Source: Ahniellaceae bacterium (lineage in GTDB: Bacteria; Pseudomonadota; Gammaproteobacteria; Xanthomonadales; Ahniellaceae). From it: DNA of 64,000 nt. Each line of letters starts with the position of its first letter. Positions within the stretch are counted from its first letter, which is position 1. The notes beneath the pieces are model-generated. The model was not told the origin of the DNA. It did not search any database and was given only the letters and a program-made list of their open reading frames with translations. The position numbers were made by a program, and so were the translations under genes. Below are positions 30,342-39,734 of this stretch, piece by piece. The DNA is taken from the NCBI GenBank assembly GCA_044226395.1, contig JBGAHD010000004.1, forward strand, positions 577,961 through 641,960. The letters are read 5' to 3'.

Positions 30342-31649
30342 ATGGTCAGTCTTCGCCCGTTCTTCATCGGCGCCGCGTGCCTCGCGGCCACGTCCGCGCT
30401 CGCGCAAACGCCTGCAGTGGATAAGCCGCTCACCGTGCTTCATTGCGGCGCTTACATCGACGTGATGGCGGGCAAGAAGCTCGGCGCCACGAGTCTGGTG
30501 ATCGAAGGCGATCGCGTGCGCGAAGTGCTGGCCGGTTCGGTCACGCGCGAAGGCGCCAAGACCATCGACTTGCCCGAACACACCTGCATGCCGGGCTGGA
30601 TCGACATGCACACGCACTTGACCTCCGAGACCAGCCCCAAGCAATACGAGGAAGGCTTTCGTCTCAACCCCGCCGACTACGCGCTGCGCGGCGTGGCCTA
30701 TGCCAATCGCACGCTGATGGCGGGCTTCACCACGGTGCGCAATCTCGGCGATGCCGGCAATGCCTCGATCGCGCTGCGCAATGCCATCAATGAAGGCTAT
30801 GTCGCGGGACCGCGCATCTTCACCGCCGGCAAGTCGATCGCGACCACGGGCGGTCATGCCGATCCCAGCAATGGTCGCAGCTGGGAACTGACCGGCGATC
30901 CGGGCCCGAAGGATGGCGTGATCAATTCCGAAGCCGACGCGCGCAAGGCCGTGCGTCAGCGCTACAAGGACGGCGCCGACGTGATCAAGATCACCGCCAC
31001 GGGCGGCGTGCTGTCGTACGCGAAGAACGGGCAGAACCCGCAGTTCCGCGTCGATGAAGTGCGCGCCGTGGTCGATGTCGCGCATGACTATGGTTATCGC
31101 GTCGCGGCGCACGCGCATGGCGACGAGGGCGCGCGCCGCGCCATCCTGGGCGGTGTCGATTCGATCGAGCACGGCACCTTCATCAGCGACGCGACCATGC
31201 AGCTGATGAAGAAGCAAGGCACGTACTACGTGCCCACGCTCGCCGCGGGCGCCTTCGTCGGCGACAAGGCGCGCGAGCCGGGATACTACCCCGAGATTGT
31301 GCGGCCCAAGGCGCTGGCGGTCGGGCCGCAGATTCGTCAGACCTTCGCGCGCGCCTACAAGGCCGGCGTCAAGATTGCGTTTGGCACCGACGCGGGCGTG
31401 TTCTCGCACGGTCAGAACGCGCGCGAATTCCAATTGATGGTCGACGCCGGCATGCCCGCGATGACCGCGATCCAATGCGCGACGCGCAACGCCGCCGATC
31501 TGTTGGGTCAAAGCGAATCGCTGGGTTCACTCGAACCCGGCAAGTTCGCCGATGTCGTCGCCGTGCCCGGCGATCCGCTCGCCGACATCACGCTGACCTC
31601 GCGCGTGGACTTCGTGATGAAGGGCGGCACGGTCTACAAGCAGCCCTGA
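30342..31649 (+). CDS. amidohydrolase family protein (metal-dependent hydrolase), secreted
   Basis: Signal peptide. HTHL metal-binding motif (IDMHTHLTSE). AGGRIFTAG/GTDAG-type motifs of the amidohydrolase superfamily. AGGGGGA RBS before the ATG. Confidence 0.75.
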   Translation: MVSLRPFFIGAACLAATSALAQTPAVDKPLTVLHCGAYIDVMAGKKLGATSLVIEGDRVREVLAGSVTREGAKTIDLPEHTCMPGWIDMHTHLTSETSPKQYEEGFRLNPADYALRGVAYANRTLMAGFTTVRNLGDAGNASIALRNAINEGYVAGPRIFTAGKSIATTGGHADPSNGRSWELTGDPGPKDGVINSEADARKAVRQRYKDGADVIKITATGGVLSYAKNGQNPQFRVDEVRAVVDVAHDYGYRVAAHAHGDEGARRAILGGVDSIEHGTFISDATMQLMKKQGTYYVPTLAAGAFVGDKAREPGYYPEIVRPKALAVGPQIRQTFARAYKAGVKIAFGTDAGVFSHGQNAREFQLMVDAGMPAMTAIQCATRNAADLLGQSESLGSLEPGKFADVVAVPGDPLADITLTSRVDFVMKGGTVYKQP

Positions 31650-32005
31650 GCCGCGCGGCCTTTGCCTCGCGCGCGATCGATCGTGCGAGGCGAAGTCACG
31701 ATGTGTTCTTGCGCTTCGCCCCGTGCACGGGCGTTTCGCCCGTGCGTCGCGCCAGTGTCGTCGCGCCAATGCGCACGCCTCTCGATTGACGCTGTCGCGC
31801 GTATCACACGCCGCCCCTCGCGCGGTGCCACGCAGGAACAATCCCCTAGATTGATTTCGTAGTGCCGAAGGCACGCGCGCGTTAATCGCGCGTTAGCGCC
31901 GAAGCGCGCGATCGCGCATCGCGCAAGATCGCTTCGCGCCTTGGCACGGCGGTTGCTGACTTCCCCACGGGACACTGATGCCCGTGAATTGAGGTGGAGG
32001 TCACC

Positions 32006-32635
32006 ATGCGAACGCCCCTGTTGACGATGCTTGCCACGCTGACGCTCGCCATCGCGCCCTGGCGCGCCACCTCGGCGCAAGAGATCACCGCCGAGCCCTC
32101 ATCGCCCTCGACCGCGCCCGTCGCGAACCTCGCCGATCGACCCGCGAGCCTCGCGAGCATCGGCCCCAACGTGGCGACCAACACGCCCGAGGACGTGGCG
32201 CTGTCGGTGCTGCGTGAATTCAACGCGCATCAAATCGCGCTCGCCGATCTGGCGCTGGCGCGCGCGCCCGATGCCGAAGTGACGCGACACGCGCGCATGC
32301 TGCGCGAGGACTACGTCACCCATCAGCACGCGTTGAACGCGCTCGCCGGCGAAGCGGGCTATGCGCTGCGCTTCCCGGCCGCCGAGTTCAAGACGCAGTT
32401 GCAGGCCGAGCGTCAGGCGCTGGCCAAACAGACCGGCGCGCGCTTCGCGCCCGCGTACTGGCGCGCGGTCGAGGACGCGCAACGCGAACTGATCGCGCGT
32501 CTCGACACCCTGATGCTGCCAATCGTCGACGACCGCCAGGTCTACGATTTTCTGCTGCTCACGCGCGTGCAGGCGGGCATGCAATGGGTCGAGGCGCGTC
32601 GTCAGATCGACGCGCGCGACGTGGCCCTGCGCTGA
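32006..32635 (+). CDS. DUF4142-like periplasmic protein
   Basis: GAGGTGGAGG RBS. Signal peptide MRTPLLTMLATLTLAIAPWRATSA. Helical H/E-rich pattern of the DUF4142 type. Assignment is tentative. Confidence 0.5.
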   Translation: MRTPLLTMLATLTLAIAPWRATSAQEITAEPSSPSTAPVANLADRPASLASIGPNVATNTPEDVALSVLREFNAHQIALADLALARAPDAEVTRHARMLREDYVTHQHALNALAGEAGYALRFPAAEFKTQLQAERQALAKQTGARFAPAYWRAVEDAQRELIARLDTLMLPIVDDRQVYDFLLLTRVQAGMQWVEARRQIDARDVALR

Positions 32636-32648
32636 TCGGAGCCCCGCC

Positions 32649-33137
32649 ATGATCCTGATGCTGGACGAGGCCCCGTGCCCGACCGCGCTGCTCGCGGCCG
32701 ATCATCGCTTGATCGAGAAGCTGATGCGCGAACTCGCGTCGTGCAACGAACCCACGCGCGCCGAGGACCTGCGCGCGCGATTGGTCGCCGAGCTGCACGC
32801 GCATCTGCGCCGGGAGAGCCAGTGGCTGCACCCGGCCGCGCGACGGCTCGCGCGGGCCGATGCCCTCGCCGCGGATCGCGCGCTCGACGAGGTGCGTCGC
32901 GCCTTGGCCCAGGTCGCGGCGACGCGCAGCGATGACGACGCCTTCGCCGACCGACTCGCGCGGCTGAGCGCGCGCATGGACGAGCACGTGCGCGCCGAGG
33001 AAGACGCGCTGTTCCCGCGTCTGCGCGCCTCGCGCTGGGCGCGGCAATGGCTCGCGGGGCTGCTCGCCGAGGGACCGGCGAGTCCGCGCCCCGGAATACC
33101 AACGCGCGCGGTCGCGCCCACCATCGCGCCCGCCTGA
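32649..33137 (+). CDS. hemerythrin-like (HHE cation-binding) domain protein
   Basis: Repeated H-x-x-x-E motifs (DHRLIEKL, HAHLRRESQ, HVRAEEDALFP). Weak family assignment. Confidence 0.4.
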   Translation: MILMLDEAPCPTALLAADHRLIEKLMRELASCNEPTRAEDLRARLVAELHAHLRRESQWLHPAARRLARADALAADRALDEVRRALAQVAATRSDDDAFADRLARLSARMDEHVRAEEDALFPRLRASRWARQWLAGLLAEGPASPRPGIPTRAVAPTIAPA

Positions 33138-33257
33138 GGCCGAACCCGGAACGCGCGCGTCGACCCGCGCGCGTTCTGGCGCGCGGACCACGCTCGACCC
33201 GCGCCCACGCCCCGCGCGGGGCTTGCGAGCCGCCGTCGTCGCCCCCACACTGCGCGG

Positions 33258-34124
33258 ATGAACGACACCACCTACGTTTACGACGTCACCCAAGCCGATT
33301 TCGAGGAAAAAGTCCTCGTCGCCTCGACCCGCGTGCCCGTGCTGGTCGATTTCTGGGCGCCCTGGTGCGCGCCGTGCCGGCAGATCTCGCCGGTACTCGA
33401 CAAGCTCGCGGCCGAGTATCGCGGCCAGCTGCTCGTGGCCAAGGTCAACACCGATGACGAGATGCAGATCGCCGCGCTGTTCGGCATCCGCTCCTTGCCG
33501 ACCGTGATGTTGATCCGCAATGGCCGCCCGGTCGATGGCTTCATGGGCGCGCAACCCGAGTCCGTGATCCGGCAATTCCTCGCCCAGCATCTGGGCGCCG
33601 AGCCCGGTCCCCTGCCCGAGGACGAACTCGAACTCGTCGACGAGATCGAACTCACGCCCGAAGAGCGCGTCGAGGACGCGCGCGCCCGCGTCGCCGCCGA
33701 GCCGGACAAGGACGAGCTCAAGCTCGAACTCGCGCAGGCCTTGATCGAGATCGGTGAAGTCGAAGAAGTGGTGCGCATCCTCGATCGCCTGCCGGCCAAC
33801 TTGGCCGAGGGCGATGTGCCGAAGAAACTGCGCGCGCGCATCGGCTTCGCGCACGCGATCAAGGACGCGCCCGATCTCGACTCGCTGCGTCGCGCGGTCG
33901 CCGCGCAACCGGGCGACCTGCGCGCGCGTCATCAACTCGGCACGCGCTATCTGTTGCAGGGCAACGAGGCCGAGGCGCTGGAACAGTTCTTCGAGATCAT
34001 GAAGCGCGATCGCGCGTTCGATGATGACCTGGGCCGCAAGACCTTGATCGCGGCCTTCGCCCTGATTGACGACGCCGATCTGGTCAGCGCGACGCGACGC
34101 AAGATGTCGGCGGTGCTGTTCTAA
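33258..34124 (+). CDS. thioredoxin-domain/TPR co-chaperone (YbbN/CnoX family)
   Basis: N-terminal thioredoxin fold with WAPWCAPCRQ and a C-terminal TPR-like helical domain. 288 aa as for YbbN. Confidence 0.75.
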   Translation: MNDTTYVYDVTQADFEEKVLVASTRVPVLVDFWAPWCAPCRQISPVLDKLAAEYRGQLLVAKVNTDDEMQIAALFGIRSLPTVMLIRNGRPVDGFMGAQPESVIRQFLAQHLGAEPGPLPEDELELVDEIELTPEERVEDARARVAAEPDKDELKLELAQALIEIGEVEEVVRILDRLPANLAEGDVPKKLRARIGFAHAIKDAPDLDSLRRAVAAQPGDLRARHQLGTRYLLQGNEAEALEQFFEIMKRDRAFDDDLGRKTLIAAFALIDDADLVSATRRKMSAVLF

Positions 34125-34131
34125 GTCCGCG

Positions 34132-35496
34132 ATGAACGCGCCCGACACCGGCTCACCCACGGCGGCGCCGGTGTCGGCGATCGCGGCGCTGACGTATCCG
34201 GTCGCGACCGCGGCCTTGATGGTCAGCGGCATGCTGATCTTCCTGCAGATCCTCGCGGTTGGCGTGATCCAGATCGGTGGCATGGTGCCGCGCTTCTTCG
34301 GCGCGCCGCTCGCGGGCACGATCGGCGAGATCGCGGTGAGCGCGATCGGTTATCTGGTCCATGTCGTCATTTGGATTTGCCTGTATCGCTACGGCTTCGA
34401 GGTGCTGTTTCTCAGCGCCAACGGCCGTCGTCAGCCGCCCGAAGTCGTGGGCCTGGTGGAAGGCGAGGTGGCCAATCGCCATGTCTGGCTGCAAATCGCC
34501 TTGATGTTCGCCTGCGTCATCGTGGCGCGTCACGCGGGCACCTCGATGGGCTTGATCGTAGCGGTGGCGCTGGGCGCGCTGATGCCGGCCGCGGCGATCA
34601 CGCTGACGGTGACGCAGAGCCTGGTCGCCGCCATCAATCCGCTGCAATGGGGGCGCGCCTTGGGCGTCCTCGGCCCGCGTTACGTCGCGCCCATGCTCGT
34701 GGCCATGATCATGGCCCCGCTGACCACGTTCGCCATCGACTGGATGCCGAAGACCGAGCCCTACGTCGCGGGCGTGATCATCTACTACGCGTCCGCGCAT
34801 TTCGTGGTGATGCTGGGTTTTCATCTGATGGGCCTGGCGCTGCATGCCGAGGCCGCGCGTTTGCATTTTCAGGTCGACGCGAAGACATTGCCGGCGCATC
34901 GCTTGCGCGTGGACGAAGATCCGATCCTGCGACGCGCCGAATTGCTCGCGCGCGGCCATGATCTCGCCGCCGCGGCGGCGCTGCTCGAGGATGCGCTCAA
35001 GCACGGCGGCGGCATCGCGATGCATCATCGCTATCGCGAATACCTGACGCGTCTCGGCGATCGCGATCGCCTGCGGGCGCATTCATCCACCTTCATAACC
35101 TTGCTGCGCGCCACTCACGGTGATAGACCGGCACTGAAACTACTACTGGACTGCAGGTCAGAAGACTCCACCTTCTTACCAACAGAGGTTGAAGACAGCA
35201 CTGCCCTAATCATCTCCCTCGCAAAGTCAGGGAACAACGCAGCTGCATTGTCCGCGTTTGCAGATCTTCAGAACTCTATTCCGCGTAGCACCAAGACAAT
35301 GCTCTGCGCATTGACTCTCGCACAGGAATTTCTATTCAAAAACCAACGCATCGAGGATGCAATACGCCTATCTCAACAAGCGAAGCAGACTGCAAAATCC
35401 ACAAATTGCTCCAGTCCCGAAATCCTTTCATTGATAGACGCTGTAGAAGAGCAACTCGCGAAGAATCGTGGTGAGTCTAATGAAAGTGAAGGATAA
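34132..35496 (+). CDS. polytopic membrane protein whose C-terminal ~135 aa are encoded by low-GC foreign DNA (chimeric 3' end)
   Basis: Multiple TM helices in high-GC DNA up to ~35085. The reading frame then continues into ~48% GC sequence encoding a TPR-like helical tail. Confidence 0.5.
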   Translation: MNAPDTGSPTAAPVSAIAALTYPVATAALMVSGMLIFLQILAVGVIQIGGMVPRFFGAPLAGTIGEIAVSAIGYLVHVVIWICLYRYGFEVLFLSANGRRQPPEVVGLVEGEVANRHVWLQIALMFACVIVARHAGTSMGLIVAVALGALMPAAAITLTVTQSLVAAINPLQWGRALGVLGPRYVAPMLVAMIMAPLTTFAIDWMPKTEPYVAGVIIYYASAHFVVMLGFHLMGLALHAEAARLHFQVDAKTLPAHRLRVDEDPILRRAELLARGHDLAAAAALLEDALKHGGGIAMHHRYREYLTRLGDRDRLRAHSSTFITLLRATHGDRPALKLLLDCRSEDSTFLPTEVEDSTALIISLAKSGNNAAALSAFADLQNSIPRSTKTMLCALTLAQEFLFKNQRIEDAIRLSQQAKQTAKSTNCSSPEILSLIDAVEEQLAKNRGESNESEG

Positions 35497-36523
35497 GAAA
35501 TGGCGATCAAAAAGACGAATGAAGGTCATTCGTGCAAAAGAGAGGAAACGGGCACTTAGAACGCGCCGCCAGAAAGCAAACAAAAGACGCGGCTTGGGCC
35601 TGAAGCGTCGGTCTTGGACTTTGACCTCCATAAGAGTCCAGATGCCGGAGCAGATCGCATTAGATCTTCACCCGAACCATGGAGACGTCTGCAAGACCAT
35701 TCAGGAGATAAGGTCAGCAGTTGCGAGGTCAAAACACGTCCAGCTTGACTTCTCGCGAACCAAAAAGGTGATTGCTGGAGGGATGTTAAGAGTGTATGCA
35801 GAACTACACGCACTCGCGACACTTTTCCCTCGAGTCCGATTCACATGCAAGCCACCTAAGGATGATGTTGTTGATCAAGTTCTACAGCACTTGTCCCTCT
35901 ATGATTTCTTTGGTTACACCTCGAACACCAAGCCGACCAGATCAGATGTAGTTTCCTGGAAGACTGCTTCATCAAACATAGTAGACGGTGTTTTAGCGGG
36001 TCAGCTCCTAGAGACCTATCATGGTCTGCAGAAGGAGCGCGCGAAGGCCCTCTTCAGAGGCACAACAGAAGCGATTTCCAACGTCATCTATCATGCATAT
36101 CCTGAATCGGTTCTTCCTGATGCAGCCAAATGGTGGATGTTCTGCCGAGAAGACGAGGACAAATTAGTGGTTGCAGTTTGTGACAGAGGAATTGGAATTC
36201 CAAGGTCACTGCCGGCCCGATACCCGCGAGAAGTCTGGGGTCGACTTGTCGATAGATTTAGCTTTGGGAGTCATCATCGAGACGGAGCCTTTATTCGCGC
36301 AGCTTTGGAAATGAGGAGATCTAGGACTGGCAAATCGAATCGAGGCAAGGGCCTTCACGACGTTGTTTCGGTGGCGAGATCTTGCGAGGGATCGAGAGTA
36401 TTCATATTCAGCAACAGGGCTTGCGTTACATATGATTACCTCGGAGAGAAAATCAAAGTATCTAACTTCAAGAGGTCAATTGAGGGCACGCTGATCCTCT
36501 GGTTTCTACCATTGCAGAAGTGA
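35477..36523 (+). CDS. GHKL/histidine-kinase-like ATPase (RsbW/SpoIIAB-type HATPase_c) with highly basic N-terminal tail
   Basis: K/R-rich first ~45 aa. N-box EAISNVIYHAYPE, G1 VAVCDRGIGIP, G2 GKSNRGKGLHDV, G3 GSRVFIFSN. Start ambiguous (GTG 35468, ATG 35477, ATG 35519). Confidence 0.5.
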   Translation, partial: LMKVKDKKWRSKRRMKVIRAKERKRALRTRRQKANKRRGLGLKRRSWTLTSIRVQMPEQIALDLHPNHGDVCKTIQEIRSAVARSKHVQLDFSRTKKVIAGGMLRVYAELHALATLFPRVRFTCKPPKDDVVDQVLQHLSLYDFFGYTSNTKPTRSDVVSWKTASSNIVDGVLAGQLLETYHGLQKERAKALFRGTTEAISNVIYHAYPESVLPDAAKWWMFCREDEDKLVVAVCDRGIGIPRSLPARYPREVWGRLVDRFSFGSHHRDGAFIRAALEMRRSRTGKSNRGKGLHDVVSVARSCEGSRVFIFSNRACVTYDYLGEKIKVSNFKRSIEGTLILWFLPLQK

Positions 36524-36530
36524 GATCGCC

Positions 36531-36854
36531 ATGAAAGGAAAAGAAACTACAATCAATATTGGAAAGACCTTTAACCGCTTCCCCGCTGGCAGGACGGAGA
36601 AGGATGGAATAGGGAGCGGCGAGGAGTTCAGGAAAAAGGTCCTGAGTACCGCACTTGGCGACTATGAAGTTCTTAACATCGAAATGGACGATACTCTGGG
36701 ATATGGATCTTCGTTCCTAGAAGAGGCCTTCGGCGGGCTCGTTCGTGACGGATTCTCCGCATCTGATCTACGACGCAGAATAAGAATACTGTCTGAAGAC
36801 GACTCACTTAAAGTCGAGATATTTGGGTACATTGACGAAGCGAGCAAATCATGA
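36531..36854 (+). CDS. STAS-like / DUF4325-like small protein (putative partner of the GHKL ATPase)
   Basis: 107 aa. EVLNIEMDD...GYGSSFLEEAFGGLV motif as I recall it for DUF4325-type STAS-like domains. 8-nt gap after the upstream gene. Confidence 0.45.
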   Translation: MKGKETTINIGKTFNRFPAGRTEKDGIGSGEEFRKKVLSTALGDYEVLNIEMDDTLGYGSSFLEEAFGGLVRDGFSASDLRRRIRILSEDDSLKVEIFGYIDEASKS

Positions 36855-37396
36855 GCGACCTCATCGCATGCTTCGATATCTTGATCAAGTTGGTTTCTCC
36901 AATTGTTACCTGGTCGCTCGTTGTCGCTGGGTGGGAGATCATTGGCCGCCAACAGGACCAACGCGAGCACATCAAGTTCCTTGCATCCAGCGCGCAGGAC
37001 GTCAGACAAAGGGTAAGGAGGCTAGCCGAGGATGCAGCAGAATTTCATATGAAAGAGAGATTTGAGCCTAAGCATGCTCATCTCCTTTTGCGCACCCTTA
37101 AGCAAATAGCTTCGGACATCACAGTGTTGGGCAAGGCACACCTTGCCGGGGAGAACTACTTGGGCGCGATTGTAAGCCTGAGACAAGCTGTTACCGGGAG
37201 CAACTTTTCTGAAGCATCGTTTAGCCAAAGGTCCGCAGACGACTTGACCGTAAGAAGCATCGAGATTAGCGCTGATGGCTTGGATTTCCTTCTTGCAAGA
37301 TCAATCAATGCAAAGCTCCTTGGCGGCGTCCAAAGACTTAGCATCTGGAACGTTGCGCTGTCCATGTTCAGTTCATCGTCGCCCACAAACCGCTGA
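36851..37396 (+). CDS. hypothetical membrane-anchored protein
   Basis: ATGA overlap with the upstream gene. N-terminal hydrophobic helix LIACFDILIKLVSPIVTWSLVVAGWEII followed by ~150 aa of helical soluble region. No recognisable family. Confidence 0.4.
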   Translation: MSDLIACFDILIKLVSPIVTWSLVVAGWEIIGRQQDQREHIKFLASSAQDVRQRVRRLAEDAAEFHMKERFEPKHAHLLLRTLKQIASDITVLGKAHLAGENYLGAIVSLRQAVTGSNFSEASFSQRSADDLTVRSIEISADGLDFLLARSINAKLLGGVQRLSIWNVALSMFSSSSPTNR

Positions 37397-37540
37397 GTAA
37401 ATACGATTGATGGCATTGAGTTCTTGGCTGCGGCCAATAGATGATGCTTGTTTCGCATGCGCGAACCCAAGATGAGGCCCTCCGTAGGCGGGAGGGCTCT
37501 CATTGGCATGCCGAGTTGCTATTGAAAAGTCGAAGTTGCG

Positions 37541-37909
37541 CTAGTTCGGACACCCCGCATTGATCCAATCGATCAGCGGTTGAATCTGCGCCGCCGTCCA
37601 CGGCCCCGTGCCATCGGCCGGCATCTGCCCATAGCTGCCGTTGGGCCCAAACAGCGGGCCGACGCCTTGCAGCGCCTGCACGATGTTCGAGTTCGCGGCA
37701 TTGCCCGGCACGCAGACGCGCACGGGCGGGCTGATGTTGGGCACATTGCCGGTGATGAACTGCTGATACGTGAGCACGTTCCAGAACGCGTGATGCGGCG
37801 CGCTGGCGATCGAGGTGTTGTAGTACGCGATCAACTTATTCATGTACGCCTGGAATTGCGCGTAGTTCTGGATCACGGCCGCGGCGGTATTGGCTTCGGT
37901 GGTGGTCAT
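37541..37909 (-). CDS. hypothetical protein (122 aa)
   Basis: Only the C-terminal part of listed ORF 37541..38407 has a protein-like composition (MTTTEANTAAAVIQNYAQFQAYMNKLIAYY...). The upstream part is R/S/T/P-rich frame noise overlapping the real 603-aa gene. Confidence 0.5.
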   Translation of the reverse strand: MTTTEANTAAAVIQNYAQFQAYMNKLIAYYNTSIASAPHHAFWNVLTYQQFITGNVPNISPPVRVCVPGNAANSNIVQALQGVGPLFGPNGSYGQMPADGTGPWTAAQIQPLIDWINAGCPN

Positions 37910-37922
37910 GTGGTTTCCCTGA

Positions 37923-39734
37923 TCATCGCGTGGTGGAAGGTTTGGCCGGATCGGCGGCGTCGTCGCTCTTGGCGTCCGGCTTGCCGGCGTCGTCGGCGGA
38001 CACGCCGGCATCCGGGTCGAACACCGCTTTGAAGCGCGTCTGCGACACTTGCACCTGCTGCGCGTTGGCCGCGGTTTCGGGCGCGCGCGCGGGCTGATTG
38101 CCCAGGATGAAACTGAAGTCCGCGCCCAGCGTCGACTGCGCCACGGAATGACAGCCCATGCAGCCGCCCATGTCGTACGAGGCCTTGAGCGAGCCATTGG
38201 CGTTGAGCACGTAAGCGTTCTGCTGATACAGCGTGCCCGAACTCGTGTAGTTGGTCGGCGCGCCATTGCTGGCCACGCGGCCGTTGAAGTTCTGCAGCGT
38301 GTAGTTGGTTTCGACCACGCTGTTGGCCAGATAGAACGTCGCGGCGTTATGCGGGTCGCTCGGGTTGTTGACGATCTGCGTAACGCTGAACGGATACGCC
38401 TGGACATTGACCAGCTTGTAGTACTGCCACGGCGAGTTCTTAATGCCCTTGCTTTGCGAATACGTCGCGATGGCCGCGTGCGCTTGCTGATTGGCGGTGA
38501 CGATCGGCGGCGGAATGGCGCGATCGCGCTGATTGACGCAGATGCTGCCGCCCGTGGGCACGCCGGTCTGACCGGCCGTGTTGTTGTAGAACAGATGCGG
38601 ATTGTTCTTGGTGTTGCAGTAAGGCTGACCCGCCACCACGCTCACTTGTGGATTGTTCGGATCGTCCTTGTACGTCAGCGCTGGCGAAGTCGCGGTGCCC
38701 GAGGGATTGATCACCTTGCCGTTGACGTCTTCCACGGCCACCGGCTTGCCGTTGACCACGGTCAGCAGATTGTCGGCTTGCTCGAACGTGGCGAAGACGA
38801 AGGCCGGCGCGGTCGGCGTCTTCTGAATGATGTGCAGCGCCACCAGGCCCCACACGGCTTCGCGATAGCAAGGGCCGCCGCCGCTGGCGGTCTCGTAGTA
38901 ACGCACCGTGGTCGAGTAGAAGCGCTGCGAGCTTTGCTCGGCGGCGGTCAGCGGCCGGAAGGCGGCCTTGGTCTCGATCGTGCCCGCGGGAAAATTGATG
39001 TAGGGCGACGCCGGCGGAAACGTGCCCGTGTTCACCGCCTTGATGAAGTTCTGCCGCGCCGTGCGGCGTGGCGCGTTGGCGACTTCATACCAATACTTGT
39101 TGGCCGCGACATAGGTGTACTCGACGCTGTTGGCCTTGGCCATGAAGCGGATCAATTGCGGCGCCGCGTTCTTGGGCTGCGCGGCGGCGGGATTGATGCC
39201 CGCGTACATCGAATCGAGTCCGATCTGAGTCACTTCATCGAGATTGATCCACGCCGGTTGCGGCGGCGGAGTCTGACCACTGCACGCGGGCACCACGCCA
39301 TTGGTGCCGACGCCGGCGTTGTAAACATAGCTCGGCGGCGTGTTGTAGCCATACGTCGGCGGTCCCGCGCTGTAGCCCGCGGGCGGCGACGAGGCACTGT
39401 TGGTGCCGGGGAAGATTTCGATCTTGGCGCGATACGTGTGCCACACCAGCGGCCCCGTGCCCGCGCCGAAGTTCTGCGTGGTGTCCGGCACGTCGCGCTG
39501 ACCGGCCTTGGCCGGCCAATTCAAGGCGATGAACTCCTGCCACGCGAAGGTGGCGGCGGTGGCGAGGCTGGCGTTCGGCGCGCCGCCGGGAATGTCCTTG
39601 GGCACGACGGGCGAGATAGTGATCGCGGCGGCGGCCGAAGCGTCATCGCTCGACGCGGCGGGCGGATCGTCGGCGCCAGCGATACCGGGCACGACGACGA
39701 GAGTGGCACTGAGGAATGCACGGATGAGTTTCAT
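37923..39734 (-). CDS. secreted hypothetical protein with single CXXCH motif
   Basis: Signal peptide MKLIRAFLSATLVVVPGIAGA. 603 aa, rich in G/N/P/T. CMGCH near the C-terminus. Lies 13 nt upstream of the 122-aa ORF, so a likely operon. Confidence 0.55.
   Translation of the reverse strand: MKLIRAFLSATLVVVPGIAGADDPPAASSDDASAAAAITISPVVPKDIPGGAPNASLATAATFAWQEFIALNWPAKAGQRDVPDTTQNFGAGTGPLVWHTYRAKIEIFPGTNSASSPPAGYSAGPPTYGYNTPPSYVYNAGVGTNGVVPACSGQTPPPQPAWINLDEVTQIGLDSMYAGINPAAAQPKNAAPQLIRFMAKANSVEYTYVAANKYWYEVANAPRRTARQNFIKAVNTGTFPPASPYINFPAGTIETKAAFRPLTAAEQSSQRFYSTTVRYYETASGGGPCYREAVWGLVALHIIQKTPTAPAFVFATFEQADNLLTVVNGKPVAVEDVNGKVINPSGTATSPALTYKDDPNNPQVSVVAGQPYCNTKNNPHLFYNNTAGQTGVPTGGSICVNQRDRAIPPPIVTANQQAHAAIATYSQSKGIKNSPWQYYKLVNVQAYPFSVTQIVNNPSDPHNAATFYLANSVVETNYTLQNFNGRVASNGAPTNYTSSGTLYQQNAYVLNANGSLKASYDMGGCMGCHSVAQSTLGADFSFILGNQPARAPETAANAQQVQVSQTRFKAVFDPDAGVSADDAGKPDAKSDDAADPAKPSTTR

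Larger units (their letters stand above)
35085..37545. other. low-GC (~48%) horizontally acquired insertion flanked by imperfect 12-bp direct repeat
   Basis: Abrupt GC and codon-usage shift at ~35085 and ~37545. Flanking repeats are CGCATTCATCCA at 35078..35089 and CGCATTGATCCA at 37556..37567. No integrase or transposase in the window. Confidence 0.6.

Noticed and set aside
31650-31700. Possible terminator after the amidohydrolase gene (GCCTCGC...GCGAGGC hairpin)
   Set aside because: The stem exists but has no following T-run, so it was not called.
37910-38407. N-terminal 166 aa of ORF 37541..38407
   Set aside because: It overlaps the 3' end of the well-formed 603-aa gene in another frame and is R/S/T/P-rich. 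Only the 122-aa C-terminal portion, from the ATG at 37909, looks genuine.
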